A DNA stretch of 64,000 nucleotides, taken from assembly GCA_963714275.1 (NCBI GenBank), contig CAVQNT010000003.1:88568-152567 (forward strand), read 5' to 3'. The notes under the pieces are model-generated. The model was not told the DNA's origin and ran no database searches. It saw only the letters and a list, made by a program, of their open reading frames with translations. Origin of the DNA: Candidatus Bathyarchaeota archaeon (lineage in GTDB: Archaea; Thermoproteota; Bathyarchaeia; Bathyarchaeales; DTEX01). Shown in pieces: positions 1 through 9,535 of this stretch. Both the position numbers and the translations under genes were made by a program. How positions within the stretch are numbered: the first letter of the stretch is position 1; each line of letters starts with the position of its first letter.

Positions 1-563
1 ACACTTACTACATAAACTTTGTTTCAAGAGCTTCACCAGCAGCTGGTAAACCAGCCTATGGAAACTGGGGAAGCTATAACAATACAAGGGTTGATGCTTT
101 ACTTGACGAAATTGCTAGGACAAATCCAGAAGACGTGGAGACGTTAACTAACCTATATGGCGAACTGCAGTCAATAATATTAAAGGAACTTCCATACATA
201 ACTGGATGGTTCTATGGACCATTTTACATGTATTCAGAAACCTACTGGACAAACTTCCCAAATAAAGACAACTCATATGCAGGCGCAGTTCCGTATTGGG
301 ATGGCTCTCACGGATCCTACCTGATGCTCTTCCGCCTGAAATCAACCATTACCCCCGCACCTCCCGTGATTCCAACGGAAATCATACAGGCTCTCAACCA
401 AAGCATATTAGGACTCCAAGAAGATGTAGCGTCTCTCCAAGGGGATTTGACAACTCTACAAACCAATATGACTAATTTAGTCTACGGATCAATAGCCGTA
501 TCTGTCATTTCGGTGGTAATAGTGATAGTAGCTGTCATAAGATCCCGACGGGTTGAAGATTGA
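1..563 (+). CDS. ABC transporter substrate-binding protein, family 5 (Opp/Dpp type), C-terminal part; 5' end lies outside the window; has a C-terminal membrane anchor
   Basis: The frame is open from position 3 (TYYINFVSRASPAAGKPAYGNWGSYNNTRVDALLDEIART...LYGELQSIILKELPYI), like the C-terminal lobe of SBP_bac_5 proteins. It ends with a coiled segment and a hydrophobic helix (SIAVSVISVVIVIVAVI) followed by RSRR. Two permease genes and two ATPase genes follow directly. Confidence 0.7.
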   Translation, partial: TYYINFVSRASPAAGKPAYGNWGSYNNTRVDALLDEIARTNPEDVETLTNLYGELQSIILKELPYITGWFYGPFYMYSETYWTNFPNKDNSYAGAVPYWDGSHGSYLMLFRLKSTITPAPPVIPTEIIQALNQSILGLQEDVASLQGDLTTLQTNMTNLVYGSIAVSVISVVIVIVAVIRSRRVED

Positions 564-1601
564 CAAAAAAACGCGCAATTCCCCCTTTTTATTTATACTT
601 AATCAAAAAAATAGTATTCTACATCATCACATATTTCGTAGCCTTAACGATTACATTCATGATAGTCAGGCTCATGCCTGGAAACCCCATACAACAGCTC
701 GTAAGTAGATTGGTAGCTGGAAGACAAAGGGGGACAATTTACGGAGTCGACAAATTATATCTTCTTTTTATGGATAAATTCGGGCTTGATAAGCCATTAG
801 ATGAACAATTTATTCTATACATGCAGAACATGCTTACGTTCAACTTTGGATCAAGCATAATGTATTACCCAAGCACAGTATCTGACATAATTGAGGGTAG
901 CCTACCATGGAGCCTCCTTATTCTTCTACCATCAATTATTGTAGGATTTGTCGTTGGGAATCAACTTGGCGCTATTGCTGCTCACAAGAAGAAATGGATG
1001 GATAACATCGTTTTTAACATCTCATTATTATTTTCCAATATTCCATATTACTGTTTGGCTTTGGTTCTTCTCTACTTGTTCGCATTCATATGGCCCATCT
1101 TTCCAATAGGAGGTGGCTATCCGTTTGGCAGAACTGGCTTCTCCTTAACATTTGAATGGATCGCTGGTTATCTTTACCATTACATTCTGCCCTTCCTTTC
1201 TTTGGTTTTAATAAACATTGGGGGGCAAGCAATCGGCATGAGAGTTATGATGATATATGAGTCTAACTCTGACTACTTTTTTTACTCTAAACAGCTGAGG
1301 TCTAGGCGAAAAAAAGCTTGTAAACTACGCTTATAGAAACGCCATTCTCCCCCAGATTACTGGATTAGCCCTATCTTTTGGCTCAATTTTTAGCGGATCT
1401 TTAGTTACCGAGATAGTTTTCAATTATCCGGGCGTTGGTCTCGGATTGTACAATGCGATTCTAAGAGAGGACTATCCCTTAATTCAGGGTTACTTCGCTG
1501 TTATAACACTTACAACATTACTTGCCAACTTCATTATGGATTTGCTCTACATGGTCATCGACCCAAGAATCAGATCTACCTATGCAGGAGAAAAAACATG
1601 A
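560..1601 (+). CDS. Opp/Dpp-type ABC permease (DppB/OppB-like), interrupted by one frameshift near 1298
   Basis: The N-terminal part is the track ORF 560-1336 (multi-TM, MPGNPIQQL...). The C-terminal part reads on in another frame: GLGEKKLVNYAYRNAILPQITGLALSFGSIFSGSLVTEIVFNYPGVGLGLYNAILREDYPLIQG...DPRIRSTYAGEKT, stop at 1599-1601. This is the conserved BPD permease core. It overlaps the next gene in an ATGA. Confidence 0.8.
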
Positions 1602-2431
1602 AACTCAATCACCCTTTGTTAAGGTCAAAAAAGTTTCTTGTTGGAATAGGTACTTTTCTATTTTTCATCATCTTAGCGGCAGTTGGATCATGGCTTATGC
1701 CTAACCCAAAAGCTATGATAGACTTGCCTTGGAAACCTCCGTCATTCGAAAGAATTTTAGGAACTGATCTTTTTGGTAGAGACGTCTTCTCCTTATTTGC
1801 ACATGGTTTGGATATGTCTATAAGAATAGGCGTCATTTCTGGCATCGGAGTTACATTACTTGGGGTCATAATTGGAGCCGTAGCTGGCTATAAAGGTGGA
1901 TGGGTCGACGACTTACTAATGAGCATAACGAATATAATGCTCGTAATACCTAGTTTGGCCTTGCTTATTGTGATAGACTGCTTTTCTTAAGATAAGAAAC
2001 GAAATGTTCTTGGCATTCATGATTGCGATTTTTTCATGGCCATGGACAGCAAGGTCCATAAGATCTCAGACTTTATCTCTAAAAGCAAGGGAATTTGTTG
2101 ACCTACCTCGAATTCGGGGTTGTCAGAATTTGAGATAATAATCCAAGACATATTGCCAAACATGCTTTCCTATGTTTTCATGTGTTTTGTTCTTCAGATG
2201 GCAAGCGGAATACTTTCAGAAACAGGCTTAAGCATGATAGGCTTAGGACCAACGGACATCGTTTCTCTTGGGATGATACTGAGATGGGCTCTTCTTTGGG
2301 AATCTGTAAGATTAGGAAAATGGTGGGTCTTCATTCCTCCCACAATAGCCATAACCCTATTGACAACATCTCTTCTTCTCATAAATACTGCGATGGACGA
2401 AGTTTTTAACCCAAGAATGAGAAAAATGTAA
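1598..2431 (+). CDS. Opp/Dpp-type ABC permease (DppC/OppC-like), interrupted by two frameshifts (near 1985 and in the GGGG run at 2116-2119)
   Basis: Three pieces in frames 2, 0 and 2. The first is 1598-1990 (LGTDLFGRDVFSL...). The middle piece reads IRNEMFLAFMIAIFSWPWTARSIRSQTLSLKAREFVDLPRIRG. The last is 2120-2431 (SEFEIIIQDILPNMLSYV...MDEVFNPRMR). Together they form a typical DppC-like permease. Confidence 0.8.
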
Positions 2432-2446
2432 TGACGAGGGGAGATA

Positions 2447-3415
2447 ATGTCAATATTAACGGCTGAGAACCTAAAAGTCTATTATAAACTTTTAGATGGC
2501 GATGTCAAAGCAGTTGAGGATGCGACGTTCACATTAATGAACGGGGAAATTCTGGGAATAGCAGGAGAATCAGGATGCGGAAAATCAACACTGGCTGCAA
2601 CGCTTTCATTAATTATACTTCCACCTCTTCAATTAATTAATGGAAAACTTTACACCGAAGATGGAAAAGACATATTCAAGCTTTCAGAAAGAACACTTAG
2701 AAGAGACATACGCGGAAAGTACATAACTTTGATTCCTCAAAGCGCCATGAACGCTTTGAATCCTACAAAAAAGATAAAGGACCTTGTCATCGACGCTATT
2801 ATTGCCCATTATCCAAGGATGCACAAGGAGGAAATTCTAAACACATCTAAAAAACGATTTGAAGAAATGGGTTTACCAGTTAGGGTTTTGGAGTCGTATT
2901 CTTTTGAGCTTAGCGGAGGAATGAAGCAGAGAACAATCATAGCCATTTCTTCTCTCCTTAATCCTAAAGTGCTTATAGCAGATGAACCAACTTCAGCACT
3001 TGACGTTTCAACCCAAAAAACCGTTCTCACCCTTTTATTAAAATTGAAGAAGAGTAAGGCTGTTCAAAGCATAGTATTCATCACTCATGATATTGCTGTA
3101 CTAAGACAAATTGCCGAGAGAGTGATGATAATGTATGCCGGAGTAATAGTTGAGATAGGCAACGTCGACGATGTTATTTTTAATCCACTTCACCCTTACT
3201 CTAAAGGGCTCATGCCAACTGTGATTGTGCCTGAACCAGAAATCAAAAAAAGAGTGTCAGCTGGAATTCCAGGAGCGCCACCAAACCTTAAAGATCCCCC
3301 AACAGGCTGTAGATTCCATCCAAGATGTACTCAGGTTATGCCAAAATGCAAACTAGAAACCCCAACACCATCAATAGTAGATGGTAGAACCATTAGGTGT
3401 TGGCTTTACAATTAG
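2447..3415 (+). CDS. Opp/Dpp-type ABC transporter ATP-binding protein (DppD/OppD-like)
   Basis: Walker A GESGCGKST, ABC signature LSGGMKQR, Walker B LIADEPTSALD, and a C-terminal oligopeptide-type extension GCRFHPRC. Confidence 0.9.
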   Translation: MSILTAENLKVYYKLLDGDVKAVEDATFTLMNGEILGIAGESGCGKSTLAATLSLIILPPLQLINGKLYTEDGKDIFKLSERTLRRDIRGKYITLIPQSAMNALNPTKKIKDLVIDAIIAHYPRMHKEEILNTSKKRFEEMGLPVRVLESYSFELSGGMKQRTIIAISSLLNPKVLIADEPTSALDVSTQKTVLTLLLKLKKSKAVQSIVFITHDIAVLRQIAERVMIMYAGVIVEIGNVDDVIFNPLHPYSKGLMPTVIVPEPEIKKRVSAGIPGAPPNLKDPPTGCRFHPRCTQVMPKCKLETPTPSIVDGRTIRCWLYN

Positions 3416-3423
3416 GTGATTCA

Positions 3424-4233
3424 ATGACAAACGAGATTGTTCTAGAAACACAGAAACTAACTAAGATATATGAGTCAGGGCTATTTAGAAAAAGATCCAT
3501 CATCGCTCTCGACAACGTATCATTTCAGCTTAGCAAGAGAGAAGTAATTTCTTTAGTGGGTGAAAGCGGTAGTGGCAAGACCACTGTAGCAAAAATAATA
3601 CTTAAATTACTTCGACCAACTAACGGTAAAGTCCTCTATAGAAATAAAGACATATCAGAATTCAAAAAAAAGAGCGAACATACAGAATATTGGCGGCATG
3701 TGCAGGGCATTTTCCAAGACCCATATGCCTCGTTCAACCTCTTCTATAAGGTTGACAGAGTCCTCAACATGATTTTTAAACTATTTGACAAGCTCCCTAA
3801 CAAAGATGAAAGAAATACAATGGTAAGATCCTCATTAAAAATGGTCGGCTTAAACGCTGACGAAATACTAGGAAAATATCCGCATCAACTGAGTGGCGGA
3901 CAACGACAACGTGTGCTAATAGCTCGAAGCCTGATAGTCAACCCCGAAATCTTAATAGCTGATGAACCTACAAGTATGATTGACGCCTCAACAAGGGTCG
4001 ATATTCTTAAAGCATTTCTTGATCTCAAAGAAAAAAATGGATTATCTATTATATTCATTACACATGACCTAGGTTTAGCCTACTACATAAGCGACAGAAT
4101 TATCGTCATGCAAACAGGCCATATAGTAGAAGAAGGAAAAGCTGATGACATAATAAATAATCCAAGACATGACTACACAAAAAATCTCTTATCATCCATA
4201 CCAACCCTAAGCAAGAAATGGGAAGAGGTTTAA
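3424..4233 (+). CDS. Opp/Dpp-type ABC transporter ATP-binding protein (DppF/OppF-like)
   Basis: Walker A GESGSGKTT, signature LSGGQRQR, Walker B LIADEPTSMID. The ATG at 3424 is preceded by aggtga. The track ORF begins at an upstream GTG at 3397. Confidence 0.9.
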   Translation: MTNEIVLETQKLTKIYESGLFRKRSIIALDNVSFQLSKREVISLVGESGSGKTTVAKIILKLLRPTNGKVLYRNKDISEFKKKSEHTEYWRHVQGIFQDPYASFNLFYKVDRVLNMIFKLFDKLPNKDERNTMVRSSLKMVGLNADEILGKYPHQLSGGQRQRVLIARSLIVNPEILIADEPTSMIDASTRVDILKAFLDLKEKNGLSIIFITHDLGLAYYISDRIIVMQTGHIVEEGKADDIINNPRHDYTKNLLSSIPTLSKKWEEV

Positions 4234-4234
4234 C

Positions 4235-6175
4235 ATGAACCCTATAGAGTTAGGTAAAGACTACTTCATAAAAGGGAAGCGATGTTTCTTTTTAGTCGGT
4301 ACAAATTATATGCCGAGGAAATCCTTCTATCGTATGTGGGAAGAATGGGAACCATCTCAAATTGAAGAAGACTTTAAACAGTTAAAGGATCTAGGAGTTG
4401 AAGCTTTAAGGATTCCGCTTTTTTGGAGTTCCGTTGAACCTGAAGAAGGCGTTATAAGCCCCACATTTTTAGAAAGATTCGACAAATTCCTTGAAATAGC
4501 ATGCAAATACGGCGTGTACGTTATGCCCTTCCTCTTTGTAGGTGTATGTGTTGATTTATGGGACATTCCGTGGAGACAGAGTAGAAACATATACAAAGAC
4601 CCTGAAATGATGAGACTCGAATGCAAACAGGCTGAAATTTTAGCATCTAGATATGCCAATAATCACACTATAATTGCCTGGGACATAAGTGACGAACCAT
4701 ACTATTATGCAGGAGTCACAGACACAGAAACAGCGACTAATTGGGTCTCAAGTATTTATAAAGCAATAAAGTCTTGCGACAAAAACCATCCAGTCACTCT
4801 TGGATTCGATAACAACCACATAGTAGAAGATACAGGATTTCAAATTGAAAAACTGGCTCCATACCAAGACTTCTTCTCCTTATGCGCATACCCAATATAT
4901 GGTTTAAAAACGCCTGAAGCTCACACTTCAACTCGGTCAACCTACTTTACTTCCTTCTTCATAAAATTCAGTGATGTTGGGAAACCGGTTTTACTTTCGG
5001 AAGGTCCAAGTACAACAACAGTGTGGACTTCACTTGAAAGAGCTGGCAACTATTACAAAGTGGTCATGTATTCAAGTTTCATAAACAACTCAATAGGCGT
5101 AATGCCTTGGATACTTTATGACTACAGTACTGATCATCATAACAAATTTCCTCTCGATGACAAACCATTCGAAACCTCCTTTGGGATACTGACAAGCTCA
5201 GGAGAGAAAAAGCCTCCCGCAGAAGAGTTAAAAAAAATTTGCTCAAGTAATAAAAAAAATTGACCTTGAAAAATTTCATTTCAGAAAACCTGAGGCAGGA
5301 TTGTTAATACCTAAAGATTACTACAAACATGTAAAAACAGTCTGGCCAAGACTTTTTGAAGCCTATATCCTGGCTAAGGAAGCCCATATTGAACTGGACC
5401 TAATACGTGAAGGAGTAGACCTCACAAGTTATAAGCTCATTATTATTCCCAGCAGCCTCGTTCTGAGAACCTCATCATGGTATGCCCTTAAAAGATATGT
5501 GGAACAAAATGGAAACCTCTACTTTTCTTATGGTGGCTCATGGATTGGCTCTCCAAATCCTCTTGGCCCATTCTTCAATGAAATATTCGGTGTTCAACTT
5601 CAAGACAGAATCAGCTCCTATGCCATCTGAGCCATTATTGTTCACGAAAGACTGGATGAGTTAAAGGGGAATAAGTTTGAGTATCCAAAAACTGATGGAG
5701 CATCCTGTTTAGAGGTAGAACCCAATAAAGGGCGCGTAATCGCATACGACAGCCATAAAAATCCCGCCATAATAGTCAACAAGCAGAAAGGAAAGGGTAC
5801 AACCATGTTGGTTTCGCACCCAATTGAATCCTATCTCAGCGTTCTCCCGGATGCTTACTTATCGGATAAAACATTTTTGATTTATGAAGCCTTGAAGAAG
5901 GCGGCTAAGTCTCTTGTCCTATTACATGCTATAATCCTTTCATTGAGGCAGGCTGGATGGAGACTGATGACAAAGATGAAGCTGTCATTATCCTGATTAA
6001 CCATGAAAGAGTCAAAATAAAAACATCTATTTTATTGAATCAAGTCTGGCAACTTACATCCTTTCTCAATGGTAAAGGTTTCAAAGTCGGTGCCAAAGAA
6101 AATAAGACATTAATGAGATTGAGTTTTTCCCCCAGCGAAGTAAAAATTTTCCAAGCAATTCGTCGAGACACTTAA
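4235..6175 (+). pseudogene. GH42-like glycoside hydrolase (TIM barrel, trimerisation-type middle domain, small C-terminal domain), disrupted as assembled
   Basis: The N-terminal barrel reads GTNYMPRKS...RIPLFWSSVEPEEGV...IAWDISDEPYY. The middle domain YKLIIIPSSLVLRTSSWYALKRYVEQNGNLYF resembles the GH42 trimerisation domain. Disruptions: a frameshift inside the A7 run at 5231-5237, an in-frame TGA at 5628-5630 (the frame stays open through 5631-5996), and a frameshift near 5950 into 5957-6175. Confidence 0.65.
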
Positions 6176-6193
6176 TTTTGAATTGACATCAAA

Positions 6194-7259
6194 TTGGTGA
6201 ACATAACTATGAAAACTCCTTTTCAAAGTGAGATTGATGAACAAGGAGAAGCCTTACGAAGAATGATTACATTCTACGGGCAAGAAGGCACCAGACTGCT
6301 AAAGAAATGGAAGAAACTGTTAAGTAAAATGGATGGTAACTTACTTTTCGCTGGCATGGGGACATCATTTTTTTCGCCTTTTGTGATCAAACCGTTGCTC
6401 GCATCGAAAGGTATTATGGCTTCTATTTATGAGGCTGGTGAGCTTCTCCATTATGAACTGAAAGCTGTTCACAAAAATGACTTAATTGTGCTGATTTCAC
6501 AATCAGGAGAAAGCATTGAAACATGTAAGGTGGCAGAACAACTGAATAACACCTGCCCAATAGTAGCGATTGTAAATAATGAGAATAGTACATTAGCCAG
6601 ACATGGAGATCTAGTGCTACCCTTGGTGGCTGGAGAAGAGAAGAGCATTACAACAAAAACTTACACCAACACCCTTGGACTCCTAAATATGATGGGAGTG
6701 ACTGCTGTTTCTGGTGACCTAGAAAAGGAACTGAACTCCTTAACAGAGGCTTCATTTCACATGGACAGACTTTCTTGAAAGTCGAGCTGAAGAAGTAACG
6801 CTTGCAGCAAAGAGACTTGAAAATGCTAATGTTATCCATTTTCTTTCGCGAGGTCCATCTATGGCTGGGGCTTTTCAAGGAGCTTTGACATTCATGGAGG
6901 GAGCTCGTATGACAGCTTTAGCTATGCCCTGTGGCAGTTTTCGTCATGGCCCCTTTGAACTTGTTCGTGAAGGGCACCACGCAATTGTTTATGTTCCATC
7001 TTCCCAGAATGGAAGGCTAATCATAAAAATGGTTTCTGAGATGGCTGATAAAGGCAGTCGTATAGTGGCTTTTTCTGCTAACACTAAAAGGATAAAAAGG
7101 ACTGAAGTTTTTGAGATAACTTTCCAAAACATTGATGATAGACACCTTTCTATTGCCGCAGCCACTCCGCAAGAGCTCCTATTGGATAAGATTGCCTCTC
7201 TTCGGGGCTTAACCTGTGGAGTGTTTGAGCACGGATCAAAAATAACAATGGTGGAATGA
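6194..7259 (+). CDS. Double-SIS-domain sugar-phosphate isomerase/deaminase (GlmS isomerase-domain-like, AgaS/GlmD type), one frameshift near 6765
   Basis: The first SIS domain carries LISQSGESIET. The second reads on in another frame (TDFLESRAEEVTLAAKRLENANVIHFLSRGPSMAGAFQGALTFMEGARM...). There is no glutaminase domain. An ATG at 6209 is the likely start. Confidence 0.7.
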
Positions 7260-7263
7260 AAGC

Positions 7264-8112
7264 TTGTACAATCTAGGAATTGATTTAGGAGGCACCAAAA
7301 TAGCAGCAGGAGTTGTGAAAGGCAAATTTAAACTTTTAAGTTTTGTTGAGTGTCCTACGGACGCCTTCTCCTCAAGAGACATAATTCTCAATAACATAGA
7401 AAAAACAGCAAGAATTGCAGTTGAAAAGGCTTACCTAAGGTTCAACGATATTTCATTTACTGGTCTTGCCATACCCGCATGCCCTGAAGAAAATGGCACA
7501 GTTATGCCTGAGTGCCCAAATCTACCAAAGCTAGGACGAGTCAGAATAAGATCAATACTTATGAAACGTTTGGGATGTAAAGTCGCGTTAGAAAATGATG
7601 CTAAATGCTTCATACTCGGGGAATGGCTTGCCGGGGTCGCTAAAAAAACTATGAACATTGTAGGAGTCACTTTAGGAACTGGAATAGGAGTTGGACTTCT
7701 ATTAAATGGACAACTTTACCGAGGCTATCACTGGTATTCAGGAGAAGTTTGGGACCAACCTATGCTTGAAGGAGGAATCATCGAAGACAGAATCTCAGGA
7801 AGAAACTTAGCCAAAAATGCAGGAGCAGCATCAGGCAAGAATGTCGTACAAATGGCTCGTAAAGGAGATCAAAATGCCCTTAAACTGATTGGTTCTTACG
7901 GACGTAATGTAGGTTGGCTCCTATCCTTCATAGGGCGATTGCTTGATCCGGAACTTTTTGTTCTTGGAGGTTCATTAGCAGAAGCCTATGATTTGTTTAG
8001 GAAAGACATTGACATTTTCATAAAGGAACGATGGGAGATTCGTGTAAGTAAGCTAGGCCATAAGGCTCCAGTGATTGGAGTGCTATGCTTTTACAACATC
8101 CGTATCCAGTGA
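7264..8112 (+). CDS. ROK-family sugar kinase
   Basis: N-terminal LGIDLGGTKIAAGVV (ATPase phosphate-1 loop), ENDAKCFILGEW, GVTLGTGIGVGLLLNG. The start codon is non-ATG. Confidence 0.8.
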   Translation: MYNLGIDLGGTKIAAGVVKGKFKLLSFVECPTDAFSSRDIILNNIEKTARIAVEKAYLRFNDISFTGLAIPACPEENGTVMPECPNLPKLGRVRIRSILMKRLGCKVALENDAKCFILGEWLAGVAKKTMNIVGVTLGTGIGVGLLLNGQLYRGYHWYSGEVWDQPMLEGGIIEDRISGRNLAKNAGAASGKNVVQMARKGDQNALKLIGSYGRNVGWLLSFIGRLLDPELFVLGGSLAEAYDLFRKDIDIFIKERWEIRVSKLGHKAPVIGVLCFYNIRIQ

Positions 8113-8324
8113 AGCTGAATAACAATATTTTATAATTGCAGGCTTCCTCAATAATTCTATAAAAAAATTACGAAGATAGGACTGTCTATCCATAATTGAA
8201 TCGATGAAAGAGCCAAGCTGAAAAAGATTGTAGAAAGAGATGGCTGATAAAAACAAAGTTTTTTTCCATAATTTTAAATATTGTTGAGGGTTTGAACAGC
8301 CATTAGTGGATGGAAGACTCCTAA

Positions 8325-9185
8325 ATGATTTCAAAGAAAATTCTTTTTGTTATCCTTACGTTTGTGGTGGTTCTCTCCATAAGTGTCGTGGCAATCAAGC
8401 TCTGGCCTCAAGCTGCGCTCTTCAAGGAGTCCTTTGAGTTCGATGGCCTGACGCGAACCTATTTGGTCAACGTTCCATCAAGATACGACGATAATATGCC
8501 TACACCCTTGGTAATAGTGCTGCATGGATATACAGGAACTGCGGAAGGCATGGAAACTTTGACAGGATTCACCACAAAATCAGATGAGGAAGGTTTCATT
8601 GTAGTCTATCCGCAAGGACTGGTTCAACGTTGGAACGTGGGATTTGGAACCCTAAAATTTGACACTGACGACGTCGGCTTCATCAATGAACTCATTAACA
8701 GGCTAGAACAAAAATACGCAATCGACCCAAACAAAATCTACGTTACAGGATTCTCAAATGGCGCAATGATGGCGTACCTTCTGGGAGCCGCGCTCTCGGA
8801 CAAGATAGCCGCTATCGCTCCAGTCGCAGGCTCAATCGGCGCTATGATGAACAGTGTCCTTGAAATCATACCTGATCCTTCGCAACCAGTGTCCGTAATC
8901 GTCTTTCATGGCACAGCGGACACAAGCGTTCTCTACGAAGGTGACGGGTTCCTTTCAGTTGCTGAGTCAGCAGCTTTCTGGGTCAGGCATGACGGATGTT
9001 CCATAAATCCCCAGAATGAGACTATCTCTAACGGGCAAGTAATCAAGAGCGTCTACAGTGGTGGCACAAACGGCACAGAAGTCGTTTTATACACTATTGT
9101 AAATTTGGCTCACGATTGGCCAACTATGCCAATAAAGGCTACTGACATAATCTGGGACTTCTTCATCAGCCACCCAAAACAATAG
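8325..9185 (+). CDS. Secreted or membrane-anchored alpha/beta-hydrolase esterase (PHB-depolymerase/LpqC-like family)
   Basis: N-terminal signal anchor ILFVILTFVVVLSISVVAI, LVIVLHGYTGTAEGM, nucleophile elbow GFSNGAMM, FHGTADTSV. Confidence 0.7.
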   Translation: MISKKILFVILTFVVVLSISVVAIKLWPQAALFKESFEFDGLTRTYLVNVPSRYDDNMPTPLVIVLHGYTGTAEGMETLTGFTTKSDEEGFIVVYPQGLVQRWNVGFGTLKFDTDDVGFINELINRLEQKYAIDPNKIYVTGFSNGAMMAYLLGAALSDKIAAIAPVAGSIGAMMNSVLEIIPDPSQPVSVIVFHGTADTSVLYEGDGFLSVAESAAFWVRHDGCSINPQNETISNGQVIKSVYSGGTNGTEVVLYTIVNLAHDWPTMPIKATDIIWDFFISHPKQ

Positions 9186-9250
9186 GGGCTCTGAATCAAA
9201 AAAGCTAATTCCGATTCGTATTTAGTAAGTGAAGATAGTTAATTAACTAA

Positions 9251-9500
9251 ATTTTTATTTGTGTTTTTTTTTAGAGAGAGAGTGTATGTATATGTGAGTG
9301 AATGAGAGAAGGAAAGCAAGAGCGTATAAGTGAATTTGTGTGTGGGTGGGGATTAAAATTTAATCTTTCTCTCTCTCTCTCGTCCTGTTACGTTCTATTC
9401 TCTACTGTTCTGTTCTGTTATATGTGCTCTCTACACTCTACTCTACACTACTCTACTCTCACAACAAACAACAAACACAAATATAAAAATACAAAAAGGC
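9251..9500 (+). repeat. Composite low-complexity element, copy A (full length): GT/GA-rich left arm, AT palindromic core, CT/CA-rich right arm
   Basis: The core gattaaaatttaatc lies at 9351-9365. The left arm is almost free of C and the right arm almost free of G. See findings. The track ORF 9302-9511 is a translation artefact of this element. Confidence 0.8.
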
Positions 9501-9535
9501 AAGAAAACTAATTATTTATCGCAGTTCTCCTTATT

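Noticed and set aside
5628-5630. The in-frame TGA read as selenocysteine or as a reassigned codon.
   Set aside because: The same gene also has two frameshifts. Neighbouring intact genes use TGA as a terminator. I see no obvious stable hairpin immediately downstream, and GH42-type enzymes are not selenoproteins. A nonsense lesion is the simpler reading.
8083-8334. An 83-aa minus-strand ORF between the ROK kinase and the esterase.
   Set aside because: It overlaps the ends of both flanking plus-strand genes, has no recognisable features and lies in AT-rich intergenic sequence.
9302-9511. Track ORFs lying inside the low-complexity elements: 9302-9511 (+), 17885-18100 (-) and 20886-21074 (+).
   Set aside because: The translations are low-complexity strings (SLSLSSCYVLFSTVLFCYMCSLHSTLHYSTL and similar). 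They simply mirror the CT/CA or GA/GT repeats, have no start context and are not conserved between copies at the protein level. I treat them as artefacts of the repeat.
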